The notes below the pieces were generated by a model that did not search any database, was not told the origin of the DNA, and saw nothing but the letters and a program-made list of their open reading frames with translations. Below are positions 7,353-18,459 of a DNA stretch of 64,000 bases, piece after piece. Every line of letters starts with the position of its first letter. Position 1 is the stretch's first letter. Both the position numbers and the translations under genes were made by a program. This DNA comes from Gammaproteobacteria bacterium. GTDB taxonomy: Bacteria; Pseudomonadota; Gammaproteobacteria; JBCCGL01. Where the stretch lies: assembly GCA_965277715.1 (NCBI GenBank), contig OZ255836.1:704001-768000 (forward strand). The letters are read 5' to 3'.

Positions 7353-8696
7353 TCAGCTCCAGGGAAACGGGCTATTTGAAACAGGGTGCAGTCTACCTTC
7401 AGCGTAACGTGAGAACCGGAATGGATCGAGTAGCTTCGTTGCACCGCCTGAAGCAATTTCTTCAGCAACCAGCTTACCGACACCAAGCATTTTGTAACCG
7501 TGGTTAGAGTCGGCGATTAAATACAGGTTGTCGCAAAATACATCGAATACGGGGAAGCTGTCTGGGGTGAATGCACCGATGCCACCAGATGGCTCGTTTT
7601 TGTACACATCCAGCGTGCCTTCAAAACGTTTTTGGCAATGCGCCAATGCCGATACCCACATATGGGCAAAGTCGGGGCCGACAATAAATTCTGGCGATTC
7701 AGGGCCATAGGGGTCGACAGCGACTTTGTCTGGATCAGTAGGCACTTTGAAAGGCGCTGCGCCACCTTGAATGCCACCGAAATGGAAGTCGGGTTTGTAG
7801 TAAATGCCCCACATTTCATCGGTAATAAGTGAACCATCTTCGGTTGAGTAGAGCGGGGCATTGGAGTCGACGTGAATAACCGGCGGCATTTTGCCATCGT
7901 TGGTTTTTTGTACTTCGGGGTCGACACCCAGGGTGCCTTCTTGTAATGACCAGTAAACCCACATGGGGATATTGTCGTGCATGCTGCCATCTGCACCTTT
8001 GATTGAAACCGTTTTGGGCAGATCCAGCATGTCCCACACGGTCTTGGCCCAGGGACCTACACCGGCGACAACGTAATCACAGGCAATGTTGCCCTTGCTG
8101 GTTTCGACATGGGTGATCGCGCCGCTGGCATCACGTGTAAATCCGTTGACCGGGACACCTGTGATGATGCGCACACCTGCCGCTTCTGCTTTGGTGGCGA
8201 GGCCGTAAATGGCTACCGTGTTATTGGCATAGCCGCCACGCTTTTCGTGCAATACCGAGGTAATGCCCTGTGCCTGCCAATCGTGAAAAATATTTTTCAT
8301 GTACGCCATGCTGTCGGCCTCGCCTTCGATAAAGGTGGATTCGTAGCCGATTTCCTTTTGTTCTCTGGCGATTTGTGCCACATCAGAGTGCATGCTTTCT
8401 GGGCTGATTTGCATATAACCCACGGGGTGGTAGCCGAAGTCGCTGGCATTTTCTTCCCACACACCCACGCTGTGGGCCATTAACTCACGCATGGCGGGCT
8501 GAAAGTAATTGTTGCGCACCACTCCGCAGGCGATGCCGGAGGCGCCCGCAGCAATGGCGGTTTTGTCGATGACGAGGATGTCGCTGCCATCGCCGGTACC
8601 CTTGGCTTTCAGTTGTTGCGCCAGGTGCCAGGCGGTGCTGAGACCGTGGATACCCGCGCCGATAATGACGTATTTGGATGACTCTGGAAATGCCAT
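7353..8696 (-). CDS. FAD-dependent oxidoreductase, N-methylglutamate dehydrogenase subunit A / sarcosine oxidase beta-like
   Basis: IIGAGIHGLSTAWHLA, GASGIACGVVRNNY, ADSNHGYKM. Confidence 0.8.
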   Translation of the reverse strand: MAFPESSKYVIIGAGIHGLSTAWHLAQQLKAKGTGDGSDILVIDKTAIAAGASGIACGVVRNNYFQPAMRELMAHSVGVWEENASDFGYHPVGYMQISPESMHSDVAQIAREQKEIGYESTFIEGEADSMAYMKNIFHDWQAQGITSVLHEKRGGYANNTVAIYGLATKAEAAGVRIITGVPVNGFTRDASGAITHVETSKGNIACDYVVAGVGPWAKTVWDMLDLPKTVSIKGADGSMHDNIPMWVYWSLQEGTLGVDPEVQKTNDGKMPPVIHVDSNAPLYSTEDGSLITDEMWGIYYKPDFHFGGIQGGAAPFKVPTDPDKVAVDPYGPESPEFIVGPDFAHMWVSALAHCQKRFEGTLDVYKNEPSGGIGAFTPDSFPVFDVFCDNLYLIADSNHGYKMLGVGKLVAEEIASGGATKLLDPFRFSRYAEGRLHPVSNSPFPWS

Positions 8697-8979
8697 GATG
8701 TTCTCCCGTTGCATGAGTGCCGGACAGCGTTTGTGTCAGTGGCGTGTTGGGCAATTTGTAAATGGTGGGCAGTATGTGAAGTTAAGCATTATGTATGCCC
8801 CGAAAAAACGACGTTATTTGTCATCACCTCGCCGATAAGGTGCAGCATAAAACCACACACAGAATGGCAAAACATAACGATCTGGTGTATTGGTTTAGGT
8901 TAAAAACAGGTCGAAGTTGTAGCACTGTATGGGGTTTCTGTGTGCCAACATCGGTTCAAATAACGTCGGAAATAACTCC

Positions 8980-10338
8980 ATGAATCAAACGGTCAATTTT
9001 ATCCACCACTGTGAATTCGATACGTTGCCAGAGGCGGTGGTTGCACAAACGTTGCGTTGCTTACTCGATCTTGTGGGGGTCGCGGCAGGCGGTATGACGA
9101 CACCCGCCGCCAATATTATGTGCGAACACGTTACCCAGCAATATCTGAGTGCTTCCCAGGGGGCGCGTATTCTATTTGATGGGCGTCGGGTTAGTCCATC
9201 GGGCGCCGCTTTGGCGGGGGGCATTGCCATCGATAGCCTCGATGCGCACGATGGCCACCAGCTTACCAAGGGGCACGCCGGAGTGGCGCTGTTACCCGCC
9301 TTATTGGCGTTTGTCGATGCAGGCCGGGCTGGTGCGGGACAGGTTGGTACAGGGCAGTCGCTCACAGGTAAATCGTTTATTGGCACCCTGGCGATGAGTT
9401 ATGAGTTTGCCTGCCGCGCCGGTATGGCGCTGCACGATAGTGTGTGTGACTACCACACGTCTGGCGCGTGGAATGCCATTGCCTGCGCCGCGATGGGTGC
9501 GCGTTTAATGGGGTTGAGCGAAACACAAACCCGCGAGGCGATGGGGATTGCCGAATACTACGGCCCGCGCAGCCAGATGATGCGCTGTATCGATCATCCC
9601 ACGATGGTCAAAGATGGATCGGGTTGGGGGGCGATGACGGGCGTTGGTGCCGCCTACCTGGCCGCCTCGGGCTATACCGGCGCGCCTGCCATTACTGTCG
9701 AATACGACAATGTGCAGGCATTTTGGCACGACTTAGGTGACCGTTGGCATATGCTTGAACAGAATTTCAAGGCTTACCCAGTGTGCCGCTGGGCGCAACC
9801 CGCTGTCGAAGCGGCGCTGAATTTACAGCGTGAGCACGGTGTTGCGCACAATGACATTGAGTATATTGAAGTATTTACCTTTCACGAGGGGATGCGTTTG
9901 GCTGCGGCCAGCCCCGAAAATACGGAGCAGGCGCAGTATAGCTTGCCGTTTCCGGTGGCGACGGCGTTGGTTTCCGGCCAGTTGGCGGCGCAAGAGGTCA
10001 CGGGTGATGCGCTGAGTAATCCAGACGTATTGCGGTTGAGCCAATCGATGCAGCTCAATGATCTACCCGCCTACAGCGAGCAGTTTCCAGTGGTGCGCCA
10101 GGCGCATGTGTGCTTTGTTATGCATGATGGCAGTCGCCTGGTATCACAACCTGAATCGGCACGTGGCAATTACGATAATCCTATTCCCGACCAGGAACTG
10201 CGGCGTAAGTACCGCCTGTTGACAGAGCCTGTATTGGGTGAGGCACGCAGTAGTGCAATTGAAACCGCTGTCGATGCACTGCCCGGTGCGGTCAGCACGG
10301 ATGCGTTATGTGATTTATTACTTAATGGGCGTACATAG
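8980..10338 (+). CDS. MmgE/PrpD family protein
   Basis: DSLDAHDGH..GH, FKAYPVCRWAQP, AQYSLPF. Confidence 0.9.
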   Translation: MNQTVNFIHHCEFDTLPEAVVAQTLRCLLDLVGVAAGGMTTPAANIMCEHVTQQYLSASQGARILFDGRRVSPSGAALAGGIAIDSLDAHDGHQLTKGHAGVALLPALLAFVDAGRAGAGQVGTGQSLTGKSFIGTLAMSYEFACRAGMALHDSVCDYHTSGAWNAIACAAMGARLMGLSETQTREAMGIAEYYGPRSQMMRCIDHPTMVKDGSGWGAMTGVGAAYLAASGYTGAPAITVEYDNVQAFWHDLGDRWHMLEQNFKAYPVCRWAQPAVEAALNLQREHGVAHNDIEYIEVFTFHEGMRLAAASPENTEQAQYSLPFPVATALVSGQLAAQEVTGDALSNPDVLRLSQSMQLNDLPAYSEQFPVVRQAHVCFVMHDGSRLVSQPESARGNYDNPIPDQELRRKYRLLTEPVLGEARSSAIETAVDALPGAVSTDALCDLLLNGRT

Positions 10339-10344
10339 CAACCC

Positions 10345-11070
10345 ATGAATGGCACAACAGATGGGCAGTCGATTGCAGAGGGTCGTCAGTTTCTCATTGA
10401 TAGCGGTTTGAATCTGTTTGCTGTACTGGATTGCGCTGCATTGCCAGAGGATGTGTGTGCATTGATGTCCACATCGATTCACTTATCGGACTACGCAAGG
10501 CTTGTGGTTATCGGCAATACGGGGAGGAAATTCTGGCACGCGCTGCAAGGTGAGAGTATGTCTGTCGCGGATCCCATCGATTCACTGAGTAAAAAACTGA
10601 CACATAGGTTTTGCACTGAGTTTATACAGGATCCAGCGTATCAATTGCTCTTTCCAAGTGATCTGTCGATCCCGTTACAGCGCATTGGTGCGCTGTTGGG
10701 GTGGGGGCAGGTATCGCCATTGGGAGTCGGTATTAGCGGTGAATACGGTTTGTGGTTTGCGTATCGCAGTGCGTTTTTAACCCATGTTGCACTGCCGGTT
10801 TCAGAAAATACACCACCGTTATCTCCGTGTGATGCCTGTGTCGATAAGCCTTGCATAAGCCACTGTCCGGCGGCGGCGGTCAGTGTGGATAATGCATTCG
10901 ATATTTCAGCTTGTTTTAATTTTCGCTTGCGGGATCATTCGCCCTGCCTGGATCGCTGTGTGGCGAGGATGGCCTGCCCTGTCGGTGTTCAGTACCAATA
11001 CCCCCTGGAAATGATTCAGTATATTTATACATTTTCGATGGCGACGGTGCGGCGTTATCGCTCTCTATAA
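10345..11070 (+). CDS. QueG/CblC-like protein with C-terminal Fe-S cysteine cluster
   Basis: DPID, YGLWFAYRSA, CDACVDKPCISHCP...C...CLDRCVARMACPVG. Confidence 0.6.
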   Translation: MNGTTDGQSIAEGRQFLIDSGLNLFAVLDCAALPEDVCALMSTSIHLSDYARLVVIGNTGRKFWHALQGESMSVADPIDSLSKKLTHRFCTEFIQDPAYQLLFPSDLSIPLQRIGALLGWGQVSPLGVGISGEYGLWFAYRSAFLTHVALPVSENTPPLSPCDACVDKPCISHCPAAAVSVDNAFDISACFNFRLRDHSPCLDRCVARMACPVGVQYQYPLEMIQYIYTFSMATVRRYRSL

Positions 11071-11198
11071 GTTGGGTTAAGTAGTGGGAAAATACAGCGT
11101 AGGTATTTGAACAATGGCCATGATGAGTTGGCTTGGATAACCCTAAACGACGTTAATTATCTCGATTCATGGATGGGGAAGTACTCGTGCGGTTAAGA

Positions 11199-11227
11199 TT
11201 GAATCAACTGGGTGGATTAGGTAGAAT
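11199..11227 (+). promoter_or_regulatory. Putative rpsF promoter TTGAAT-17-TAGAAT with GC-rich discriminator
   Basis: Near-consensus spacing upstream of rpsF. Confidence 0.55.
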
Positions 11228-11263
11228 TCCCCGCCTGCCGCTATTGGGCGGCAGTACAATTCG

Positions 11264-11319
11264 ATTCTCCTTGTCTCACCGCCTTCTGGTGGTAGGCTAA
11301 ACCCGTAAGGAGCTCTTAG
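11264..11319 (+). promoter_or_regulatory. S6:S18 ribosomal protein leader
   Basis: ctccttg...hairpin...CCCGTAAGGAG, conserved CCG before the SD as in gammaproteobacterial rpsF leaders. Confidence 0.65.
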
Positions 11320-11742
11320 ATGAGACACTACGAAGTCGTGTTTCTGGTCCACCCTGACCAGAGTGAACAAGTTCCGGCAATGGTCGAACGCTACCGTTCG
11401 ATGATTGAAAATGCCGATGGCATTATCCACCGACAGGAAGACTGGGGACGCCGCCAACTCGCTTACCCCATTAATAAAGTCGTTAAAGCCCACTACGTCT
11501 GCTTGAATATTGAGTGTGGCACAGAGGCGCTTGAAGAATTGACCAGTGCATTTCGGTTTAACGATGCGGTTATTCGCAACATGGTCATGTCGTGTAAACG
11601 GGCGATGACAGAACCCTCGCCATTGCTCAAAAAAGATGACGACAAACCTGCACCGCGATCAACCGGTGGCGATGCACCCGAAACAGTGGCAAATGCTACT
11701 GCCGATGAACCATCGACCGCCCCGGCGGCTAATGCAGAGTAG
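11320..11742 (+). CDS. rpsF: 30S ribosomal protein S6
   Basis: [30 protein letters not shown]. Confidence 0.99.
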   Translation: MRHYEVVFLVHPDQSEQVPAMVERYRSMIENADGIIHRQEDWGRRQLAYPINKVVKAHYVCLNIECGTEALEELTSAFRFNDAVIRNMVMSCKRAMTEPSPLLKKDDDKPAPRSTGGDAPETVANATADEPSTAPAANAE

Positions 11743-11753
11743 AGGATAACCTT

Positions 11754-11978
11754 ATGTCACGCCATTTTAGACGTAGAAAATACTGCCGTTTCACCGCCGA
11801 AGGCATCACCGAAGTCGATTATAAAGATATAGAGTTGCTCAAGGCATTTGTTACCGAAACGGGAAAAATTGTGCCCAGTCGCATCACCGGCACTAAAGCA
11901 AAATACCAACGACAACTGTCTACCGCGATTAAACGCGCACGCTACTTGTCGTTGTTGCCTTATACAGACCAACATTAA
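11754..11978 (+). CDS. rpsR: 30S ribosomal protein S18
   Basis: [23 protein letters not shown]. Confidence 0.99.
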   Translation: MSRHFRRRKYCRFTAEGITEVDYKDIELLKAFVTETGKIVPSRITGTKAKYQRQLSTAIKRARYLSLLPYTDQH

Positions 11979-12017
11979 ACAACCTTATTGGCATAACCAC
12001 TATTTAGCAATAACAAA

Positions 12018-12914
12018 GTGTCAAGGTTGGCTCACTACGCCTTAAAGGGCGTGCCACAAGCGGGTTTGTTAGCGGCAACGTTTCTTACATTGTCGCTATT
12101 GTTCCCCCCATTAGCCTGGTTGAGTAGTGCCATTATTGCGTTGGTAACATTGCGTAAAGGGTGGCAACACGGGCTGACTGTACTCGCTGCTGCCACACTG
12201 GGTGCCACATTATTGTTTTATGTGTGCTTTGGTGGCTGGCAATCGGCACTGATGCTGGAATCGATGTTCTGGTTGCCGGTTTTTTTAATGGCATTGGCGT
12301 TGCGCGCTACGATCAGGCTGGAGGTTGGTATGCTGGTGGCATCGGCAATTGGTTTTGCCGCGTTATCCGTGATGTATATTATTCAGGATGACCCGACTGC
12401 AGTGTGGTTGGCATTGTTGCGCGAGGTAATGCAGGTAGAGGTATGGGCATCGCGGTTTAATGTGCCGCCAGCAGAATATGATGCCTTCCTGTTGGGTGTG
12501 TCGCGTTTAATGCCCGGCAGTACCAGTGCCTGTTTAGTGTTTAGCGCTATAGTGAGTTTGTTATTGGCGCGCCGCTGGCAGGCGAAGCTGTTTAATCCAG
12601 GTGGGTTCCAGTCCGAATACCACCAGCTTCGCTACGGTCGACAGGCTGCGATTGTGGCATTGCTTGTCGCGGGTGCCGGGTTGTTGATTCAATCGAGTTA
12701 CACACTGGGTTTGGTGGCCATAGTGGTGGTGACTTATTTGTTCCAGGGGGTTGCTCTGGCGCATGCGGTGGTTAAATTAAAGTCGCTGAATACCACCTGG
12801 CTGGTGGGCATGTATGCGCTTTGTGCCATGTTGCCGCAAATGTTAGTGATTTTAGGGGGTATCGGCCTATTCGATGCCTGGTGGGATTTGAGAAAACGCG
12901 TGGCAACCACCTAA
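12018..12914 (+). CDS. DUF2232/YybS-like membrane protein
   Basis: Polytopic; ARRWQAKLFNPGGF; usual position between rpsR and rplI. Confidence 0.85.
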   Translation: MSRLAHYALKGVPQAGLLAATFLTLSLLFPPLAWLSSAIIALVTLRKGWQHGLTVLAAATLGATLLFYVCFGGWQSALMLESMFWLPVFLMALALRATIRLEVGMLVASAIGFAALSVMYIIQDDPTAVWLALLREVMQVEVWASRFNVPPAEYDAFLLGVSRLMPGSTSACLVFSAIVSLLLARRWQAKLFNPGGFQSEYHQLRYGRQAAIVALLVAGAGLLIQSSYTLGLVAIVVVTYLFQGVALAHAVVKLKSLNTTWLVGMYALCAMLPQMLVILGGIGLFDAWWDLRKRVATT

Positions 12915-12974
12915 ATCAGTGCTTGTTTGTCGCGCAGTAAAGTCAACGAATTGATGTAGAGGTAGGGTATTACT

Positions 12975-13427
12975 ATGCAAGTTATATTGCTGGATAAAGT
13001 AGAAAACCTGGGTGGGCTTGGCGAGTTGGTCGAAGTGAAACCAGGGTATGCGCGCAATTTTCTGTTACCTGGTGGCCATGCGAAAATGGCGACACCAGCC
13101 AATGTAGAAGAGTTTGAGAAGCGCCGCGCTGAACTGGAGAAGGCTTCAGCAGACCGTTTGACGGTTGCCCAGGGACGCGCCAGGCAACTGGCTGAAACGT
13201 CGGTGACAATTACGGCAAAAGCGGGAACGGAAGGTAAGTTATTCGGCTCAATCAGTGCCGAAATGATTGCCGATGCACTCACCAGCAGTGGTGTTGAGGT
13301 GGAAAAACGCGAAGTGCGTTTGCCGGAAGGCCCGCTGCGTAGTTTGGGCGAACACACAGTAGGCGTACACCTGCATACAGATGTCGACGCCAGTGCTGTG
13401 GTTATGGTCGTTGCAGAACAAGAATAG
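12975..13427 (+). CDS. rplI: 50S ribosomal protein L9
   Basis: [32 protein letters not shown]. Confidence 0.99.
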   Translation: MQVILLDKVENLGGLGELVEVKPGYARNFLLPGGHAKMATPANVEEFEKRRAELEKASADRLTVAQGRARQLAETSVTITAKAGTEGKLFGSISAEMIADALTSSGVEVEKREVRLPEGPLRSLGEHTVGVHLHTDVDASAVVMVVAEQE

Positions 13428-13448
13428 CGGCGTACCCTTCTTGGGCTT

Positions 13449-14855
13449 ATGGTAATGGTAGAATTGGCACATAACCTGGGCGCCGACGACCGGCTGATTC
13501 AGAATACCAAAATTCCACCGCACTCAATTGAGGCAGAGCAGGCGGTTCTGGGTGGTTTGATGCTCAGTGGCAAAGCCTGGGATGATATTGCTGATCGCGT
13601 TGCCGAACAGGATTTTTACCGACGCGATCACCGCTTAATATTTCGTGCATTTGGTGGTCTTGTCGATGCACAAAAACCCCGTGATGTCGTGACCGTCAGT
13701 GAATGGCTTAGCCACTCAGCGCTGCTGGAAGATGCCGGTGGCCTATCTTATCTCGCTGCATTGGCACAGGAAACACCGAGTGCCGCGAATATCGTTGCCT
13801 ACGCCGAAATTGTGCGCGAACGGGCGGTGCTGCGTAAACTGATCGAAACCGGTACCGATATTGCCAATTCCGCCTATTTTCCCGAAGGGCGGGATAGTAA
13901 AACATTGCTCGATTATGCGGAAAGCCAGGTATTCAGTATTGCCGACGAGAGCAGTCGAACCCGGCAGGGATTTGCCAATATCAGCACTGTGCTCGGTGCA
14001 GCGGTCGAGCGTATCCACCACATTTTTGAAAGCGGTGCCTCGATTACCGGCGTGCCCACGGGCTACGATAAATTTGACGAGTTAACCTCGGGCTTACAGC
14101 CTGCTGATCTGATAATTATCGCTGGTCGACCCTCAATGGGAAAAACCACTTTTGCTATGAATATTGCCGAGCACACGGCAATGAGCCAAAACGAGGCAGT
14201 GGCTATTTTTAGTATGGAAATGCCCGGCGAACAACTCGCTATGCGTATATTGGCATCACTGGGGCGTGTCGAACTACAGAAACTGCGCACCGGGAAAATG
14301 AGTGACCCCGATTGGAGTCGTATCAACAGCGCAGTGAGTATGTTGGTACAGAAACAAAACCTGTTTATCGATGACACCCCGGCGCTGACCCCCACTGAAT
14401 TGCGGGCGCGTGCCAGGCGTTTAAAACGTGAGCACGGTATCTCCCTAATCGTTATCGATTACCTGCAATTGATGCAGGTCTCTGGCAATGGTGAAAACCG
14501 CGCTACGGAAATTTCTGAAATATCCCGCTCGCTAAAAGCGTTGGGAAAAGAACTTAATGTACCGATTGTCGCCCTGTCACAGCTCAACCGCAGTCTGGAG
14601 CAACGTACTGACAAACGCCCCATTATGTCTGACTTGCGTGAATCGGGTGCTATCGAGCAGGATGCTGATTTAATTGCCTTTATCTACCGTGATGAAGTCT
14701 ATGATGCCGAGAGCCCAGATAAAGGCACTGCAGAAGTATTAATCAGAAAACAACGTAACGGCCCGATTGGTTCGGTGCGTTTAGCCTTTTTGGGTGAATT
14801 TACCCGTTTTGAAAACCTCTCTCCTGAGATGTACAGCAATAATATGCCGTTATAA
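13449..14855 (+). CDS. dnaB: Replicative DNA helicase
   Basis: PPHSIEAEQ, GRPSMGKT, IDYLQL, LRESGAIEQDAD. Confidence 0.99.
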   Translation: MVMVELAHNLGADDRLIQNTKIPPHSIEAEQAVLGGLMLSGKAWDDIADRVAEQDFYRRDHRLIFRAFGGLVDAQKPRDVVTVSEWLSHSALLEDAGGLSYLAALAQETPSAANIVAYAEIVRERAVLRKLIETGTDIANSAYFPEGRDSKTLLDYAESQVFSIADESSRTRQGFANISTVLGAAVERIHHIFESGASITGVPTGYDKFDELTSGLQPADLIIIAGRPSMGKTTFAMNIAEHTAMSQNEAVAIFSMEMPGEQLAMRILASLGRVELQKLRTGKMSDPDWSRINSAVSMLVQKQNLFIDDTPALTPTELRARARRLKREHGISLIVIDYLQLMQVSGNGENRATEISEISRSLKALGKELNVPIVALSQLNRSLEQRTDKRPIMSDLRESGAIEQDADLIAFIYRDEVYDAESPDKGTAEVLIRKQRNGPIGSVRLAFLGEFTRFENLSPEMYSNNMPL

Positions 14856-14911
14856 TCGTGCACGCATTGGCTGTGTGACAATAAAGAGGCCGCTGTGCAA
14901 TTGAGAATACT

Positions 14912-15997
14912 ATGATTAAAAATAGCACTCTTCTCATCATTCTCACATTGCTGTGTGGCTGTGGCGCGAACCTGCAATCCACGATGTTTATGCGCAATGC
15001 CAGCCACTCTGGGTATTACGCTGGCAAAGACATCAGCGCAGAAAGCCGTGAAATTTGGTCTTTCCAGGCACAAGGCGCCGGGTATTCTACGCCTGTGGTG
15101 CATCGGGGGATTATCTACTTTGGCAATAACGATGGGAATTTGTATGCGTTGCAAGCCAGTACAGGGAGGGAGTTATGGCGTTTTAAAACACAGGGAAAAA
15201 TTGAATCATCACCAGCGGTTGCCAATAACGTCGTGTATTTCGGTAGTTGGGATAAACACCTGTATGCGGTTTCAGCAAAAACAGGCGCGTTGCAGTGGAA
15301 ATTTAAAACAGGTGGGCCAATCTACGCGGCACCAACGGTGGTTGAAACAGCCGTTTTAATTGGCAGTACCGACAAGCATCTGTATGCCATTGATCGACAG
15401 TCGGGACAATTACAGTGGCGTTTTACTTCGCGTGGAGCTATTTACAGTGCACCGGCCGTTCATGCAGGTTATGTTTACATGGGTAGTACGGACAGTTTTG
15501 TTTATGCACTCAGTTTAGTTGATGGCAAAGAAATCTGGCGGTTTCAAATGGGAAAACCTGTTTTCCCGTCACCTGCTATTGAAGTATCGGCCGTCCTGGT
15601 GGGGGCGGACAATGGTGTTATACGCGCATTAAACAGCGCTACAGGTAGAATGCTATGGCAATTTCGTGCCGATAACAAAATTTACACCAGTCCGGCGGTT
15701 AATCAAAATCGTGTGGTATTCGCCAGCACAGAGGGGCATGTCTATGCCCTTAGCCGGGGAGGTGGGCGGAAACGCTGGGAATTTAAAGCCAATAGAGAAA
15801 TATTTGCCTCGCCATTGCTTACTGAAAGCGTAGCGTATATAGCCAGCACTGACGGTACGCTCTATGCGCTCAAGCTGAATTCAGGCGTGCTATTGTGGCG
15901 CAAATCGTTGAAAGCCAGTGTCATTGCCAGCCCGGTAATTGATGATGGTGTGCTTTATATACAGGATATAAACGGGAAACTTAGCGCTTATCGTTGA
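14912..15997 (+). CDS. PQQ-like beta-propeller repeat lipoprotein (BamB-like)
   Basis: Lipobox-like LLCGC; about 8 repeats of SSPAV..VYFGS.D..LYA..TG..LW.F. Confidence 0.88.
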   Translation: MIKNSTLLIILTLLCGCGANLQSTMFMRNASHSGYYAGKDISAESREIWSFQAQGAGYSTPVVHRGIIYFGNNDGNLYALQASTGRELWRFKTQGKIESSPAVANNVVYFGSWDKHLYAVSAKTGALQWKFKTGGPIYAAPTVVETAVLIGSTDKHLYAIDRQSGQLQWRFTSRGAIYSAPAVHAGYVYMGSTDSFVYALSLVDGKEIWRFQMGKPVFPSPAIEVSAVLVGADNGVIRALNSATGRMLWQFRADNKIYTSPAVNQNRVVFASTEGHVYALSRGGGRKRWEFKANREIFASPLLTESVAYIASTDGTLYALKLNSGVLLWRKSLKASVIASPVIDDGVLYIQDINGKLSAYR

Positions 15998-16034
15998 GGT
16001 GGGCTCGCACAATAATAACGAAATGTCACACCGT

Positions 16035-16364
16035 TTAACCTCCTTGATCAAGGTACTGTAATTTATCAGCCACGCCATCCCATTGCTCGGCATCTTCCGG
16101 TGGTGTACCCATTTCACTGATTACAGGCCACTTTAGCGATAGCTCGGCGTTTAGCTGAGTGAAGTGTTGCATACCATCGGGTAGATCCTCTTCGGCATAA
16201 ATAGCATTGGCCGGACACTCTGGTTCACACAGTGAGCAATCGATGCACTCGTCAGGATCGATAACCAGATAATTTGGCCCTTCGTGAAAGCAATCGACAG
16301 GGCAAACTTCCACGCAATCCATATATTTGCAAAGAATACAGTTTTCAACTACAACGAATGTCAT
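16035..16364 (-). CDS. fdxA: 7Fe ferredoxin
   Basis: [38 protein letters not shown]. Confidence 0.95.
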   Translation of the reverse strand: MTFVVVENCILCKYMDCVEVCPVDCFHEGPNYLVIDPDECIDCSLCEPECPANAIYAEEDLPDGMQHFTQLNAELSLKWPVISEMGTPPEDAEQWDGVADKLQYLDQGG

Positions 16365-16526
16365 CGTAACCTCGGATGTTTTTCCAGTTTCAAAAAGGTA
16401 ATTAACATGTCCAATTACCACGAGGTTATTTCTGAACAACCTCGCGAGGCAGTATACTGCACTCCTGTCTTATACTAAATTACGTTTTGCACTATTGATA
16501 GAGTATTCACTTATGCTGGACGCGTT

Positions 16527-17411
16527 ATGCGCACGATAAAAAAAGTGGTTTTCCCCGTTGCCGGGATGGGCACCCGTTTTCTCCCGGCAACGAAAGCCAA
16601 CCCCAAAGAAATGCTACCCGTTGTCGATAAGCCACTGATTCAATATGCAGCAGAAGAAGCCGTTGCAGCGGGTATCGATACGTTGATTTTTGTGACGGGC
16701 CGCAATAAACGCTCGATTGAAGATCACTTTGATAAAGCCTACGAACTGGAAATGGCGCTAGAGGAAAAAGGCAAGTTGGATATGCTCAAGGTAGTGCGTA
16801 ATGTACTGCCATCGCATGTCGATTGTGTCTTTATTCGCCAATCGCAAACATTAGGCCTGGGGCATGCCGTGTTGTGTGCAAAACCTGTTGTCGGCGATGA
16901 ACCTTTCGCGGTTATCCTTGCCGATGACCTTATTGGTTTTAGTGACGAACCCGTTTTAAAACAAATGATCGATGTATACAACCGCCACCACTGCGCTGTG
17001 CTCGGTGCTGAAACGGTTCCCAGGGAAGACGTAAGTGCTTATGGGATTGTCGATGGCGAATCGCAGCAGGATAATACCGTTAAAGTCAGGAGTATTATCG
17101 AAAAACCCACCGTTGAAGAGGCACCGGGTAATCTCGCGGTAGTGGGCCGCTATCTGCTGACACCACGTATCTTCTCTCTGCTGGAAACCACTGGCCGTGG
17201 AGCCGGTGGGGAAATTCAGCTCACTGATGCAATTGCCAGTTTGTTAATTGAGGAACAGGTGCTCGCCTATAAATTCCACGGCAAGCGTTTCGATTGTGGA
17301 AGTAAACTGGGATATTTACAGGCGCAAGTCGAATATGCATTGGTACACGACGAATTGAAAACCGAGTTTCGTGAATACCTCCACCATTTTCACCTAACAA
17401 TCAATAAATGA
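16527..17411 (+). CDS. galU: UTP-glucose-1-phosphate uridylyltransferase
   Basis: [30 protein letters not shown]. Confidence 0.97.
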   Translation: MRTIKKVVFPVAGMGTRFLPATKANPKEMLPVVDKPLIQYAAEEAVAAGIDTLIFVTGRNKRSIEDHFDKAYELEMALEEKGKLDMLKVVRNVLPSHVDCVFIRQSQTLGLGHAVLCAKPVVGDEPFAVILADDLIGFSDEPVLKQMIDVYNRHHCAVLGAETVPREDVSAYGIVDGESQQDNTVKVRSIIEKPTVEEAPGNLAVVGRYLLTPRIFSLLETTGRGAGGEIQLTDAIASLLIEEQVLAYKFHGKRFDCGSKLGYLQAQVEYALVHDELKTEFREYLHHFHLTINK

Positions 17412-17508
17412 TCCTGTGTTTAATAAAAGTCCCCTTTATAGCGTGCTGGAAAATGTTGTGAGGCAAGGTAAAAGTAACAAAAATTGCAGTAATTTTCCGG
17501 CCTTTCCA

Positions 17509-17540
17509 GGGAGTGTTTTCAAGTAACTGAGAACACCCCC
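17509..17540. repeat. Collapsed MITE remnant (two termini joined)
   Basis: gggagtgttttcaagtaacTGAGAACACCCC shares its terminus with the elements at 20592 and 31760. Confidence 0.55.
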
Positions 17541-17568
17541 AATCTATGTTAAGTATGGCGTCAAATTA

Positions 17569-18384
17569 ATGGCAAAACTATCGGCAAACCTGGGGTTTCT
17601 ATGGCCGGAACTGAGCCTTTGTGAGTCCATTGGCGCAGCCGCTAAAGCGGGGTTTGATGCCGTGGAATGTCATTGGCCTTATGCTGTCCCATCGAGCCAG
17701 GTGGCGATCATACTGCAAGCCGTCAATTTGCCTATGCTGGGCCTGAATACCCGGCTGGGTGAACAGTCCGGTGACTTCGGTTTGGCCGCTGTATTAGGGC
17801 GTGAAGCGCAGGTACGTTCGTATATCGACGAAGCGGTTCTCTACGCCCAGTCCATCGGTTGTTGCAATGTGCATGTTATGGCGGGTAAAACAAATGGCAG
17901 TCAGCGAGCCGAGGCGGTCTATCAGGCAAACCTGGCCTATGCCTGTGACCTGGCAGCACCTTATGGCATCACGGTGCTAATTGAACCAATCAATCATCGC
18001 GATGTACCTGGTTATCACCTCAGTACTGTTGAAGCGGCAATAGCCACAATTGATGCAGTGGGTAAACCCAATCTTAAACTGATGTTCGATTGTTACCATA
18101 CGCAGATCATGCAGGGCGATGTATGCATGCGTTTGCACATGTCTCTAAATTACATAGGGCACATTCAAATCGCCGCTGTACCCGATAGAAGTGAACCCAA
18201 CAACGGAGAGCTGGACTACACCTATGTAATCAATGCCCTCGATACTATGGGTTATGACGGTTTTATCGGGGCTGAATACAGACCCAGAGAATCGACAGAA
18301 AGTGGTTTATCGTGGATGAATACAGTGCAGCGTAATGCTGAACCCGACAGACTCCTGGACGACCGCAATCAGGATTCCCGCTAA
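17569..18384 (+). CDS. Hydroxypyruvate isomerase family TIM-barrel protein
   Basis: SANLGFL, LIEPIN, MFDCYHTQ, HIQIA.VPDR.EP, GAEY. Confidence 0.9.
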   Translation: MAKLSANLGFLWPELSLCESIGAAAKAGFDAVECHWPYAVPSSQVAIILQAVNLPMLGLNTRLGEQSGDFGLAAVLGREAQVRSYIDEAVLYAQSIGCCNVHVMAGKTNGSQRAEAVYQANLAYACDLAAPYGITVLIEPINHRDVPGYHLSTVEAAIATIDAVGKPNLKLMFDCYHTQIMQGDVCMRLHMSLNYIGHIQIAAVPDRSEPNNGELDYTYVINALDTMGYDGFIGAEYRPRESTESGLSWMNTVQRNAEPDRLLDDRNQDSR

Positions 18385-18459
18385 ACTATCTGACTGTGTG
18401 ATATAAATCATTCGCTTATTCACACAGGTTTTATGCTATTAAATTGAGATAAATTTGAC

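Noticed and set aside
13449-14855. Inteins in dnaB (or dnaE)
   Set aside because: Both proteins are normal length, with no splice motifs seen
15050-15990. Periodic ~120-bp similarity
   Set aside because: Protein-level beta-propeller repeats
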